Assembly (NCBI RefSeq): GCF_000181795.1 | Contig: NW_003526948.1 | Location: forward strand, 2,954,945 to 3,018,944 | DNA length: 64,000 nt | DNA from: Trichinella spiralis | Lineage: Eukaryota | Direction: 5' to 3' | Notes under the pieces: model-generated | Database searches by the model: none | Seen by the model: only the letters and a program-made list of their open reading frames with translations | What the model was told of the DNA's origin: nothing | Shown: one piece after another, positions 41,601 to 54,189 of the stretch | Layout: each line of letters starts with the position of its first letter | Numbering within the stretch: position 1 is the stretch's first letter | Translations under genes and position numbers: made by a program

Positions 41601-44299
41601 AGTTGCAGATGCTGATACTGATAAACAATTTTCAGTAGCAGTCAACAAACAAAATATCACAACAATTGAAGAAAATTATGAGCATTTAAATGAAACCCAC
41701 GTTGAAACGTTGCCTGAAGAGAATGCAAATCTGCCGAATGAAGAACAGCAAACGCAACAAGAAACATTCGCATCCGATGAAGAATTATTTCACGAGAAAC
41801 CAAAAATTATCCAAACCCATACTGTGGACGATAACCCACTTCAAGGTAATAATAATTATTATTTAAAAATGAATTTATCGTGTTACAAATATTTTGTATA
41901 TAGAAGAAAAAGAAGAAAATATGACCGAAGAAACCACTACAACGATAATTACCGAAACCACTGCACAACTGGAAAATGACATGCAATCTGATGAAGAAAA
42001 AGAAGCTATTTTGGAAGGTAATACACAAACAAATGCAACTTATGAATCTGAACAATTTTTCAATCTAACCGAATATGAAACAACTACTGTTGTCCAAGGT
42101 AGGAATTATGTGAAAATTGAAGAAAAAAATTATTAATCTCAACACTGGTAACATTTAGATGTTACAAATATATCAGAACCAAGTAATGCAGAAAATGAAC
42201 AACATATTCAAGAAAGCAATACAAAAATGACAAACATACCTGAAAGCACCTTGGTCGGTGATACGGAAACAGTGGATGATGCTCAAATGACTGATGAATC
42301 GAACGAAAGCCCCACTGATACTGCAACAATAGATGCGAATATTGTTCCTGCATCTACGGTGATTCAAACGGAAGCTACCATATCCAGTGCAGATGAAGCA
42401 ATCGAAGACTTTACGACCGAAAACGTGCTTGATTTGAACAACCAGCTAACAACATCCATTGTGGAGACGGCAAACGAATTTGCAGCATCAGAAAAACACG
42501 AAACAATTTCTCCAACGAATGCACCTGAAACAAATGTGAATATTCATAAAAATGCAACTGAATATTTGCCAGTTGAAACAGAAACGACAAAGTCCACTTC
42601 AACTGAAAATTACGAAATGATGACAAATAAAATGACCACAAGTGATGCAATTTTCACAAAATATATTTCACCTCAGGTCGATGTTGACGAGTTTGAAAAA
42701 CAAAGCACTGCAGTACTGTGGACTGGTGAAGCGGTCGAAACCAAAACTACTGATCTGCATGAATACCCTGAAACGTTGATTACAGAATCGCAAATAATTT
42801 TCAAAGGTGATGCTGATGATGAAATTACTTCCGAAACAACTGAACAAATTAATTTGCCAACAGTAGCAGATATAGAAATGGAGACAACAACTCACTCCGT
42901 AGTGGAAGACAGTTTTATGCAGTTTGAAACAACACCTTTTATAGAGCCGTTCAAAAATGTCCACAGCACTAAATATATAACTGCTGAAATTACCGACGTG
43001 CCTGAATCTGGTGACGAACAAAATTTCCATCTGACCACTGAAATCGTTGAAACTTCGACTGAAAAACAGTCGACAACAAGTTTGAAGCCAGATGAAGAAG
43101 TCGAAATTGAATACACAACCGACGCTGTAATGATCACTACGAACGTTGAAAATGCAGATCGCATTCAATGGAATCTGGCCATTGGTAACATCGAATGGGA
43201 TGATGCATTGACGGACAAATCATCATGGCAATTCAGAAAAGTTAGTAACGAAATCCAATCCGGGGTATGTATGCATTTCAAACAATTTACCATTTCCAAA
43301 ATTCTTCTTCATCTTCTTCGTTCCAATATCTTTACAGTTGTTCAACATACTGAATACAATCATTCCAGAAAAAGTTTCCGAAATCAAAGTGACAAATATT
43401 GAGTAAGTATTGTTGGAAATGAATTCTGTTCTGTGCAAATTGCCATCTATCAAAATTATCAAAAAAAATTTCTTCATTTTTTCATTACAGTAAGATTGTT
43501 TTGACACTGTATAATAGTACCGTACTTTAGACCTGAACATCTCAACATCCAAGGTGATGCAGTATTTATAAATCGTACTGAACCTATTTTGTCATTGTTG
43601 GAAAAGTTTATTGCCAATTTGAAGAAAAATGGCAACCAAATTGGAGATTACTCTGTCGATCCGATGACAATTGCTTTCAACGGTACTGACGATTGTTTTC
43701 AACGTGTTTGTAACAGTGAGTTGAAAAATTTGCATAATTTCCTCAGGTGAGAAGATTTCGAGTGAGCTTCGTCAAACGATGAGCGAATTCAAAGAGCCCG
43801 AAGAAAAGCCACTTTTGCCCACTTATGTTATTGTTATCATCGCCTGTGTACTAGCAATCGCAGCACTGCTCACACTAGCTGTTCTAGTGGTAATTAAAAT
43901 TATTCATTCACTCGCTCGCTTCGTGGTAATATTGCTTATTTTGCATATTTCAGAAGCGTTATCGCAGTCGCAGTGGTTCGGAAGTGTTCAACAAAAGCAT
44001 CAAGAATGGAAGTGCCGTGAAAGCGTGGGCTGCACACGCAACTCCGACAATGCAATATGCTCAAAGGAACTCATTTGACCATCCAAATCTGTACGAAATG
44101 AAAGAATCTTCTGGACCGTTTCCTTCGCATATCAATTATGGATTCCCGAATGACGTCAAAGCGAACGGAATAAAGAATGGCCAAGTAAAAATACGACGTT
44201 TTATCTTTTATTTTGTTTTTATATTTGCATCAACTATTTCAGCGTCAGATTGAAATTGCATTACAAGATACGGTCGATTCACCAAAATACTGCCGATGA
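35641..44299 (+). CDS. Type I transmembrane mucin-like protein: signal peptide, acidic Thr/Glu-rich stalk, SEA-like domain, TM helix, cytoplasmic tail; ~1360 aa
   Basis: Exons 35641-35737 (MLHKMLIIYGCFTVLLLSGHA), 36520-36666 (uncertain, weak donor), 39782-40540, 40593-40676, 40735-40845, 40907-41845, 41904-42098, 42159-43264, 43338-43402, 43531-43682, 43747-43889 (TM: YVIVIIACVLAIAALLTLAVLV), 43954-44184 and 44243-44299; phases are consistent. SEA-like signature: IGNIEWDDALTDKSSWQFRKVSNEIQSGL...IGDYSVDPMTIAF. Confidence 0.8.
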
Positions 44300-44668
44300 A
44301 ATAAAAAGAAGGCTGTGTGTGTATTCATCAAATTTCCAGCTTCCTAAACTACGCAAGCTAATTTTGGTTGATTGTGCACAATTAGTATACCTTTTGTTTG
44401 AAATTATGTTCTGCTCTTAGAAAACTGTACCTTCTACTGCTTTTCATTTCTTCACATACCAGCACTATTGTTGTAATCTTTACATGAAGGAAACAATTAG
44501 TTAATGCTAATAATGAGTAATGTACTTTGCAACGTAAAATAAAAAAGCAAAAATGTGTTCGTTTCAACTTTTACTCCATACGATCATTTTATCCATAATT
44601 TTAACAGTAAATTATTAGAATTAATTAATAATACGTTTCCATTACTTCCCATTTACGTTAATCGAAAT

Positions 44669-46755
44669 TCACAACAGCTGTTTCAACTCTTTCAAAAATT
44701 CTTCATATGCGGCATCTCCTACTTTATCGCCTGCCTCCTTTGTCACTGCAGATTCATCCACTGCAGGTGTTTCTGAAATTCGTATATATCTTTTTAAATG
44801 TTAGAAAATAAACCGTAAATCTATTTCATGTAAAAAACATTTATAAAACTTTAAAATAACATTAAAAAATAACAACCTGCTACAGTAGTTCCGGCTGCAT
44901 TGGCATTTTTGTTACCCTGCTGTTCCTTATCTCTCTTCATTCGAACTGCAGTCGGTATAAGTCGGATTGCTTCTTGCATCATATTTCTTAGCTGGGGCTT
45001 CGCTTGAATTACCGCACCAGAATATACAACAGATGGATTTCTAAAAATACAAAAATTATTTTAAAAATTCAAAAACAGCTATACTCAATTCTGAGCATTT
45101 CCGAAATCATACTTTTCCCTAGAACTGACTGAAGATGGAACAACAGGACCAATCATTTTTTTCGATAAGTGTGGTCGCTCTTCTAAAAAAGTACAAGTAA
45201 TTAAATTTAAAAAATTAATTAAAAAATGGAAAAATCACTGTGTGAAGCAGGAGCCGAATAAAAATTTGATGACTGTGAAGATGGTGGAGGTGGGGGTGGC
45301 GGCGGAGGCGGTGGTGGTGGAGCTTGCTTAGCATGACCACCTTGAATTACTACTGGTGCTGGATCTAGTAGATCTAAAATCAAAACAATGTAGAAAATTT
45401 ATTTTATATCGACAAAATAGCATATTTTTTCATTATTCTGACATTATGACAAAACATTCGAAACCATGCATACAAAAATATCAATAAAAAATATTGAACA
45501 TTTGCCAATTTACCATCTTCATCAGATTCGTCGACAATAAAGGGTGGCAACTGCAGTTCTTCATCAATCAGAGGTATCGTTAAAGTTAGATTACGATATG
45601 CGTCATAATGGGGAGGAGGTTGAGGTGGTATACCTGGACCTCGCAGCCGAACATTCCTAGAAATAAAAACCAAGTAAATGTTTTACTGTCTACACCTTGA
45701 ACAATACACTCATGCAGTAACAAAACGCACAAAGAGAGCTCACATTTTGGTTACAGAAGAAGTCGGAATATTCTGAAAATCATATCCTCTGAATCCTTCA
45801 TTAAACAATGGCTCACTTTCCGGAAGCGGAATTTCCGATGGATCCATTTCAGCGGCAATCTTTGCCGCCACTGCAAACAAAAATTCTATTATAATGCATT
45901 CATTCCAAATACACATGAAATTGTCTTTGGGTCTTATAATGGAAAAAATCAAATACAAAACATTTTCCTCATCAAAATTTCACAACAGCTTTATGTTTGA
46001 AAAAACGAAAAGTTAAGCAATACGTACTATAGCTTTGTTCCATCGATTGTCGCTTGGCCTCATAATCATGGAGCATTCTAGAAACAAAAGTGTAAAAATA
46101 ATGTTGACGCATTTATAATACATATAATATATGAATAAAATAAAATAACTCACTTCCTCAGCTTTGCCAAATTTTCAGTTTCATTCATCTTCTTATACAT
46201 TCCCAATATACGGTAAAACGTCTCACGTAGTTTGGTTCGCTTGTCTTGCAAAACCCGTTCATTGAGAGTGGTTGGATTTTCATAATTTAGTTCTAAAAAT
46301 AAAGCAAAGTAATAAATTAGAATAACAAAAAACGCATTGTACTAAAAAGATTATTAAATTCACATGATTAATTCGTCTAAATTCTTTCTTAAAATGTCCA
46401 AAACAAGTAGCAAACAGCTACCTACCTTTTTAAAAACTACTTTTTGAGATAGCAAACAAAAAGAAGGAATGCAAACGTACTGATAGGCAAAGCAAATAAA
46501 TAATAAAACTTCATTTATTTTATATTAATACACTGCTAAGCAATAATCTGCTGAAAAAATCTTACCAACAGCGTCCAAAGCTTCTAAACTTTTGATTATT
46601 TCTTGTGGATCTTTACTGCGCAAAACACTTTGCCGTACCATCCATCGCTGCTTTTTGTTTTTCTTTAGTTCCCTCTTTCGTGCTATTTTCCGAGCCTGAT
46701 CAGCTGGATTCATATAACGACCGCCTTTAGTAGTGGATGTGAGACGCCGACCCAT
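44669..46755 (-). CDS. WBP11: WW domain-binding protein 11 (splicing factor SIPP1/Npw38BP), ~370 aa, 9 exons
   Basis: N-terminus MGRRLTSTTKGGRYMNPADQARKIARKRELKKNKKQR, EIPLP motif, poly-Pro tract (45282-45320), IQAKPQLRNMMQEAIRLIPTAVRMKR, and C-terminal DAAYEEFLKELKQLL*. Confidence 0.93.
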
Positions 46756-47534
46756 CCTGACGGTGCGCCACGAAAAAAGCTAATAAACAATAACAAAACA
46801 CCAACGAGTAGTAAACAAAACTGTGAAAATAACAAATCAGAAAACAAATGAAAAGTTGTCGAGTTAAAATTGAATACAAATTAAAAGAAAAATATTTTCT
46901 ATGCCACAGTTACAATTACAAGAACAAAACAGACACAACACGTCATAAAAGAATTGCCATATGCCACTAATACAGTAAGCTACAGTAATTAAATTTGCAA
47001 AGCAGGTATTATTTATTTTACTGCAACCATTATTTTTTTTATTTTTAAAATATAATACATTTTTTGTTAACAGAAGTTTAATATTAATGTAATTTAAAAT
47101 TAATTTTTTAAAATTATTTTACAAATATGGATAATTTATAAGAATTAATTAGAAAATTTGTCTGAACATCAGCATGATATTCAGTGATAACTTTTTGTCA
47201 AAAATTAAAAGAAAAACTGAATATTAAAATGATCAATCAAGATGAAATTATTTTTTATGATTCTATAAATGAATTACTTCATCTAGTAAGTTGTTTCGAA
47301 TTCACTCAAATAATTTCACTATATTTTGCAGGTCACGCTCATTCCACATGTACATTTGCATACATATTCTTACTTTTTCGCTCTGCTACATACAGAAAAT
47401 TTATAATTTTTTAATCAAATAATTTTAATTTTGAACAATTTCTACAGTCAGCAATTGCAATTAACATTTGACTTGGGGAGAGTATCAGAAGATGAAATTA
47501 TTTTTTAAAATATTCAGCAACGCATTGGCATCAA

Positions 47535-50500
47535 CTAACAGTTGGATTCTGGAATTTGATTTCCCTTCCAGCAAATGTTCATCAGTGAGACAGGACCTTT
47601 GGTAGATAAATTGATGACACTGTTTTCTGATTCGTTGCTGTCCGAATTGTCTGAAAAAAGAAATTAACTAACATTTGTCCACTTTTATTGAATTGCTAAA
47701 TAAGAAAATATTACTCATTTTTGATGGCCAGAGATCGAGTACAGTTCCCATTATTCGAGCTGCTAATCTATGATCTAAAAGGTTCACCGTATGGGATTTC
47801 GCTTTTGTCGACGTCCCAACACTGCTGCAAAATACCAGAGGTCCAAAAATTCGGCACAATCTGTGAGCGGACAAGCCATTGTGTGGCGACTGCGATAAAA
47901 CGTTTTTCAGATGATCCATGACAACGATTAAAGTGCACTAAAATAAAGTGAGCAGCTAAGTGTCGAAATTATTCAAAAACCTCAAACTGATTTTACAAAA
48001 AATGAAATTATTTTGTATATTTATAGTGTAGTTTTTTCTTTTTGTTTTTATCTCGAATTGATTGAATATTTTTTCATGGTAGAAAATTCATCATAAAAAA
48101 ATAATATTAATTGATCTTTAGTAAAATGGATTGAAAATGACAGGTAAATTTTTCGAGAAAAGTCACACAAATAATGCATGATTAAAATGAATTGAAACAA
48201 TTTGAACAGAACGTCTTCTTCTATATTTGTTCAGAGATACAAGTTAGTGAATGCGCTGACAGAAAATGACAAATGGGACTTAATGAAAACCAGTGCTTGA
48301 AGAGATTTTGTCGATGAAAACCACTACTGAAAGCACTACACTGGACTTTTTGGAACAAAAACTAAATAGACATGTAATCCAGCGTAATCAATGCACTTTT
48401 GGTCCGCTAAATTGAATTGAACGCTGTCTGGGAAATCTAGCTCAAACAGGCGATCGTTAATTCGTTTTAAGCGCCAATAAGCGCTTGTATTAGCATGCAC
48501 TCTTCAACATTCACAGATAAAGTGTGAACGCGCTAACTCTGATGATAATTAATCTCATTTTGTATAAGAAATTGATTTTTCATTAGTAACATTTCCAAGA
48601 ACTTACATATATACAGAGAGCTTATTTTCAGTCACCGTTAAAAAACTGAATAACTGAAATGAAGAAATTTTAATATTCAATTTTTTGTAAATTTTTTGAA
48701 ATTGTATCGTGTTTAGTTATATAAATTTAAAGTAAAAGTTAGTGTATTTTCAATAAAAAAACAATTTTTTTGAATATTTCCATACGCTAATGAAATGTAT
48801 ACAAAAAGCAGTCGTCTTTAAAACTTAAAAGAGAATATTTTCACGAAAACAACTAATTAAAAAAACTGAATATGCGCATACCTTATTAACATTTGGAAGG
48901 CAGTCAAGTACACCAAATATAAGCCGAAAATTTCCCTCTTTATCATTCGGTAAACAGACACGCCAAGCATCAATAAGCGTTTGGTATGTACTGCTCGCCA
49001 CAAGCGCTTCAGGCAATGCACAAAGCCAGTCCTTGAAAATGCTTGTAAGAACATTAATGTCAGGAACGAATTCTGGACTCAAGTCGACATTTAGAGGATT
49101 ATTTTCAATTTCGTTAATTATTGCCATCTTTTTCTCCACTGAACCACTCAAAACGTATAAGCCCATTGAATTAAGACCACGTCGTTCAATTTCTTGTAGC
49201 AAATTAACAAGCAGAATAGGCACTTCATAATCCGTCGCTTCTCTTTCTACCAAGATGGATAAGGGGATTCCTTAACAAAAGAAAAGATACTTTTAAAAAG
49301 GCAGTAACAATATAATTAATAGGAAAAAGTTTTCAAAAACAATATTTATGCAAAGCTGTTTGTTGATGAAGTTTACTTCAAAAAATTAGCGTTTAAGAAA
49401 TGCATAATATGCACATATAAGAAATGCAGATATTCTTACCCCAGTATGCAGATGGCCTTAGTGCCAGTTGCCGTCTGTACATCAGCAACATGCTGAGAAA
49501 TCCTAGTCGAATAAACAGTTGACCTCGTGGTTCCAAATTCAGAGCAAAACTTTGAGCCTTGCTATCCATAAGACTAGATAAAAGAAATGAATCGAGCAGC
49601 TGCAATGAACCGCGATGCCTCAGTTTGTGACGAAATTGTGGATGCCAAGAATAAATATAAAGGTCAATTATTTTGCTTTCCCAAACGTCAATTTCAAAAG
49701 ATTCACGCCATTGAAATTTCATTGCTTGATTTTTCACTTCTGTCCTAGCACGATGCTCACAGTCGACTTCAATTACACAGTAAAGCTCTTCCATATCGTT
49801 GCTGACCCGAAGGGAACGCCCTTCAAAAATTTGTATCACCAACAAACCGGTAAATGGAGATGGACAATCGCTAGCCGTCGGTGACGCGTTGAATAGCATC
49901 GTACCGACGTTGGAAGATGCAAGCTGCAATGGATATCGTCTCTGGGGCAGTGGAGAAATGTCGACCGGAAAACGACGACTTTGCGGTGAAGTTTCGTAAT
50001 TTGGCGGATGCACTCCGCGTACATAACTTCCTGCAGCTAAAAGACCTCTTGGCGGCACACTGGATGAACGGTTTTTTGAGCCTTTTCTCAGTTCACTATC
50101 AATGCCACAGTATGCGGGCTGAAAAAAATGAACAAAAGTTTAAATTTGTTTTACAGTTGCAATAAAATAACTATAGAATGTTTCAATTCAACAGTCGCAA
50201 ACTATCAGAATAAATTGAATTAATTTTTTTCCATTAATTCACACCTTCGTCTGAAAAGAGTCTCCACTTTTCAATGGTGAGGAAGACAGTTTTTTGTCGA
50301 AACATTGCAACCATGATTGATATTCGGCCCTGGAAAATACTTCGTCAATTGTTTTTGCCGAATGTCGCTGACCTAAAAATGATTTCATTACGAATACAAC
50401 AGAAAATGACAATATTCGTTTTCCAGCATCCATTTACCAGGCTGTTCCCAGTGAACGGGATAGCGTACAGGGGAAAGAGGTATTTCAGGAGCAGATACTA

Positions 50501-53500
50501 CTCCATCCGAATCAGAAACATCATAATTTCCCTGCACCGGAAGTCGTTCTCCTGCTTTCGTGGCAACATCATTCGACCATCGTATAGTACGGCGGTTTTG
50601 ACGACGTGGCAAGGAATTGGATTTGAATACATCGCTCGTGCTTTCTTGACAAATTGGAGATTTATAATTTTTACTGTACGTTGGTCGATTTGACATGACA
50701 CCGGCTGACGTGAACCTGCTAGCTGGATCATTACAGTATGATTCAGTATCAGAAGCAACATTTCTAGGACTGTACAGCATTCTATTTGTGGCAGTGTTTG
50801 CAGCATCAGGCAAATTCGAAGGCACAAAACAATGACTATAAGAAGTGGAAGCCGAGTCAAAAGCTCCTAAAGAATATCGTTCCCGTTTGACTAAGTTAGG
50901 ATCATTTGATGACAATGCAGTATTTTGCAATTTTGGCGGCATTATGTATGCTGTTTTGTACAACGAACCATCGCCAGCAGCATTTACTGGCTTCGCATTT
51001 TGAGTCTTCGGATTCGACAGTTGCAAATTTTCCGTCCGCATCAATCTCCCTTCGCTATCCAACAAACGTGGACTGTGCATAGCAAGCTGACGGCCATAGC
51101 TCCACCGATCCGAAAGCGATCTACTTGGACCCTGATCCTGCACAGGCGGATTGACTTTTGTACAGCTGGATTCCGGCACCAAACAAACTTTACCAGAAAA
51201 GCTTTGCCTCATAACCGGTGGAGGCTGTCTCATGCCCAGATTTGCTTTCTGAGAATCGTCAATTTCCAAATTTTGCATTCTCGCTCTAGTTCCAAGCGAC
51301 GTTTGTGCGGTCGTCAGTGGCTGAGACGAGGCCAACGGCTTTCCTTCGTCTGTCATCACGCTTTCTTTGCTATCATCTCTAGGAATTTGTTTCAATATAG
51401 CCACAGGTTTATCGACAGCTTTTGTCGGCAAAGACTCGCCGGTTGGACAACAGGGATTTCTTTTGTCACTTCTTGTTCTAAGAATCAACCTCCGCGGAAT
51501 GGAAATCATGACCACAACATCGTCAATGCTCATTCTCGTCACATTTACATCATTTACAGATATTATTTCATCTCCTGCAGCCAAATAACCTGCCTTTTCT
51601 ACGTCACAGCCTTCCATAAGTCTCGAGACGAACACTCCATCAGCACGGTCAATACCATTTCCTTCACGCAAATATATGCCAAGCGTTTGGGCTGGCTTTT
51701 TTATAAGTTCTAATGTCTGGCAAGTTGAGACCTTTTCTCTTCCATCTGGAAGCTGCTGAACATAATCATACCTAAAATTGTTTGAATTCATTACGCGCAT
51801 ATCACAAAAGCAAACAGATAATAATCAAATAATTTCTTTCAAGTTTCGTATTGCAGCATGCAAAATTGAACCAACATTGCATAAAATTTACAACAGAATG
51901 AATGTATGTAATTTTATAAACAGTGAACGCTGTTATTCTTTTCTAAATTAAAGTATTATTACTCAAATTGAAATACTGAAAGAAACTATAAATGGCACAA
52001 CATTTCAATCATTTCGATGCATTGAATGTTCAAAGTGAATTAACTTTTCATTTATAAAAAAAAACAATGAACCCTAAACGACTAGACAATGCCCATAATT
52101 AAGCAAAGCAGCATTGCTTTTTTGAAATATAGCAATAATTTCATTCTAATCAGAATGATTGTAGAGTTCCGTTTTGAAATATGACAATTCTCAACAGTCC
52201 AAATCAATCAACTTTTCATTGCAATATGTTCGCAATTGTATTGCGTATAACGTTTCTAAATGTCAATTCTATTCTAATAATATTCTAATTTTTTCACTTA
52301 TCAGTTATAAGTTTTGTAATTACAGTTTCAAACATATTCCAATAGATCAATAGTGAACTGTAAATATTGTTCTTAATTACTGAAACACATGCAGATCAAA
52401 TAGATGTACGCTGAAGAAGAAGCTAGACCATTGATGACAGACATTTCTTCTACAAGCTATAGAGCATAAGTAGAAAAGGATACGCAACATGCTGAACGTT
52501 ATTTGACATTGCCACTTTGCAATATTTTCAGATTCATAACGAGACGTGAATTTTCATTGATTGATTGCAGCTAGCATAAATTGGCTATAAATAGCAACAA
52601 ATTTCTTCATAATTCAACAGCACCTTTGATTTGACCAATACTTAATGCACGTATGAGAAAATACTTTACATTTCCAAATGCAACGCCATCTATTTATTTA
52701 TTTACTTGCAAGAAATAAATAGGTACAAATTTGTTCAATATTTATATTTAAAGATAAATTTACAAATTACATTAACTGCACAACTGTGTGTATAAACACA
52801 GTCCATTATTATCATAAATAAAATTTAAAAGTGAAAAATTTCCATAAAAAGATAGCTAACATTTCTATCTAATTAATATAAAAGCTGCAAAGTCCAAGTT
52901 AATGAGCAAAGTGTATTGCTTCAAGGGTAATTCAACAAATATGCAAATCCATAAAGTGATAGTAAATCTCAAGATATTTTCTGCAGAATGGTTTAATTAA
53001 AAATAGTTGATTTAATTGGAGTTTAAAAGGTAATTTCTAAAACAAAAATAATGCTATTTAATGGAAAAAAAGAAAAGAACTAACATTATTATTTAGTTCA
53101 TCCGGATTTAATCCTTGCAAAACCTTACAATTCTCGGCAGATCAAAATTCAAAATGGCTGTTCATCATCGACATACTTACTTGTATTATTGAACATGTTG
53201 ATCTTATTATTTATAAAAGTATTGGAAAATTTATTGACTTGGATGCAAGAATTGTAAATTTAAAAATGTTGAAATTTCGCGAACAGTTTATTTAGCTATA
53301 AATACTTTCGAATTTCATCTAAAAAGCAACAATACAATTCAGCTAAAAAATATTATATTATTTTCAATTATTAAAGTACAGAAAGTTTTACGACAAAATA
53401 TAGTTTAATTTTACATCGTATAAGTTGTAATAATTGAAATAATTCAATAAACAGAATTAGAATAGCAAAGTGGATTTGAAAATTTTATAAAAATCTCAAT

Positions 53501-54189
53501 GTATTTCAAAAAATATCTATCTTATGAACGCATTTAAAATTTACCGATTTGTCACATGTGCTAGTATAGCAACATGTGTGCATATATTAGGATGGTTGTT
53601 GATGTTTGCCAAGATGTATGTGCACAGTGATGAACATTAATTCTTTTAAATACGTGCAAATATGACTGGGACGATCGCATGGTGGTTCGTAAAATAATGC
53701 ATGTTGCAAATGATCTAACATTTGAAAAATGCAAACACGTCGTACAATTAAGCAACTAGAGCTGAAGGTGATGAACTTTTAATATGCAGAATTTTTCAGC
53801 ACAAAAACAAAATCACGATAATAATAATAATAAAAATAAATAGTACAAACACATCACAACAAAAAACAGCGACAAAAAGAGCACCACAATACATACATAG
53901 ACGGACACAAAATTTGCATCACACAAAAAAAGATCGTGTACGTTTTTGCTTGCTTGATAAATTTGTGCTTTTCTTACCGATCCAAAATTCTGGCCGACAA
54001 CCCTTGAGAAGCAGATGATGTCAAGGTAGACGCTTGTTGGTCTACTTCTTTGATTTTTTGGTAAATCTCTTTGGGCAAGTTGCGTTGACGTGATTCGAGT
54101 GTGGCTTTTGAAAAGCAGCCGGCAGCCGAGCTGGCTTCGTCTTTGCTTCGCGACGAACGCGGCTTACAACGAAACGAATCCCAAGGCAT
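47535..54189 (-). CDS. syd-1: SYD-1 / RhoGAP100F presynaptic protein (PDZ, C2 and RhoGAP-like domains)
   Basis: Exon 1 54189-~53978. PDZ exon from ~51771 (LGIYLREGNGIDRADGVFVSRL..DDVVVMISIPRRLILR). C2 exon ~50118-49440 (ELYCVIEVDCEHRART..WRESFEIDV..YSWHPQFRHKL..LNLEPRGQL). GAP exons ~49271-48882 and ~47937-47715. Stop at 47535-47537. Confidence 0.92.

Noticed and set aside
42668..43168. 166-aa and 90-aa minus-strand ORFs
   Set aside because: Shadows of the Thr/Glu-rich mucin exon.
50925..51713. 262-aa plus-strand ORF
   Set aside because: Antisense shadow of the large GC-richer syd-1 exon; non-ATG start and no recognisable domain.
52474..52483. Perfect U12-type 5' splice site (GTATCCTTT) on the syd-1 strand
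   Set aside because: No CCTTAAC branch point near the next acceptor and no convincing upstream exon; about one such 9-mer is expected by chance in this window.
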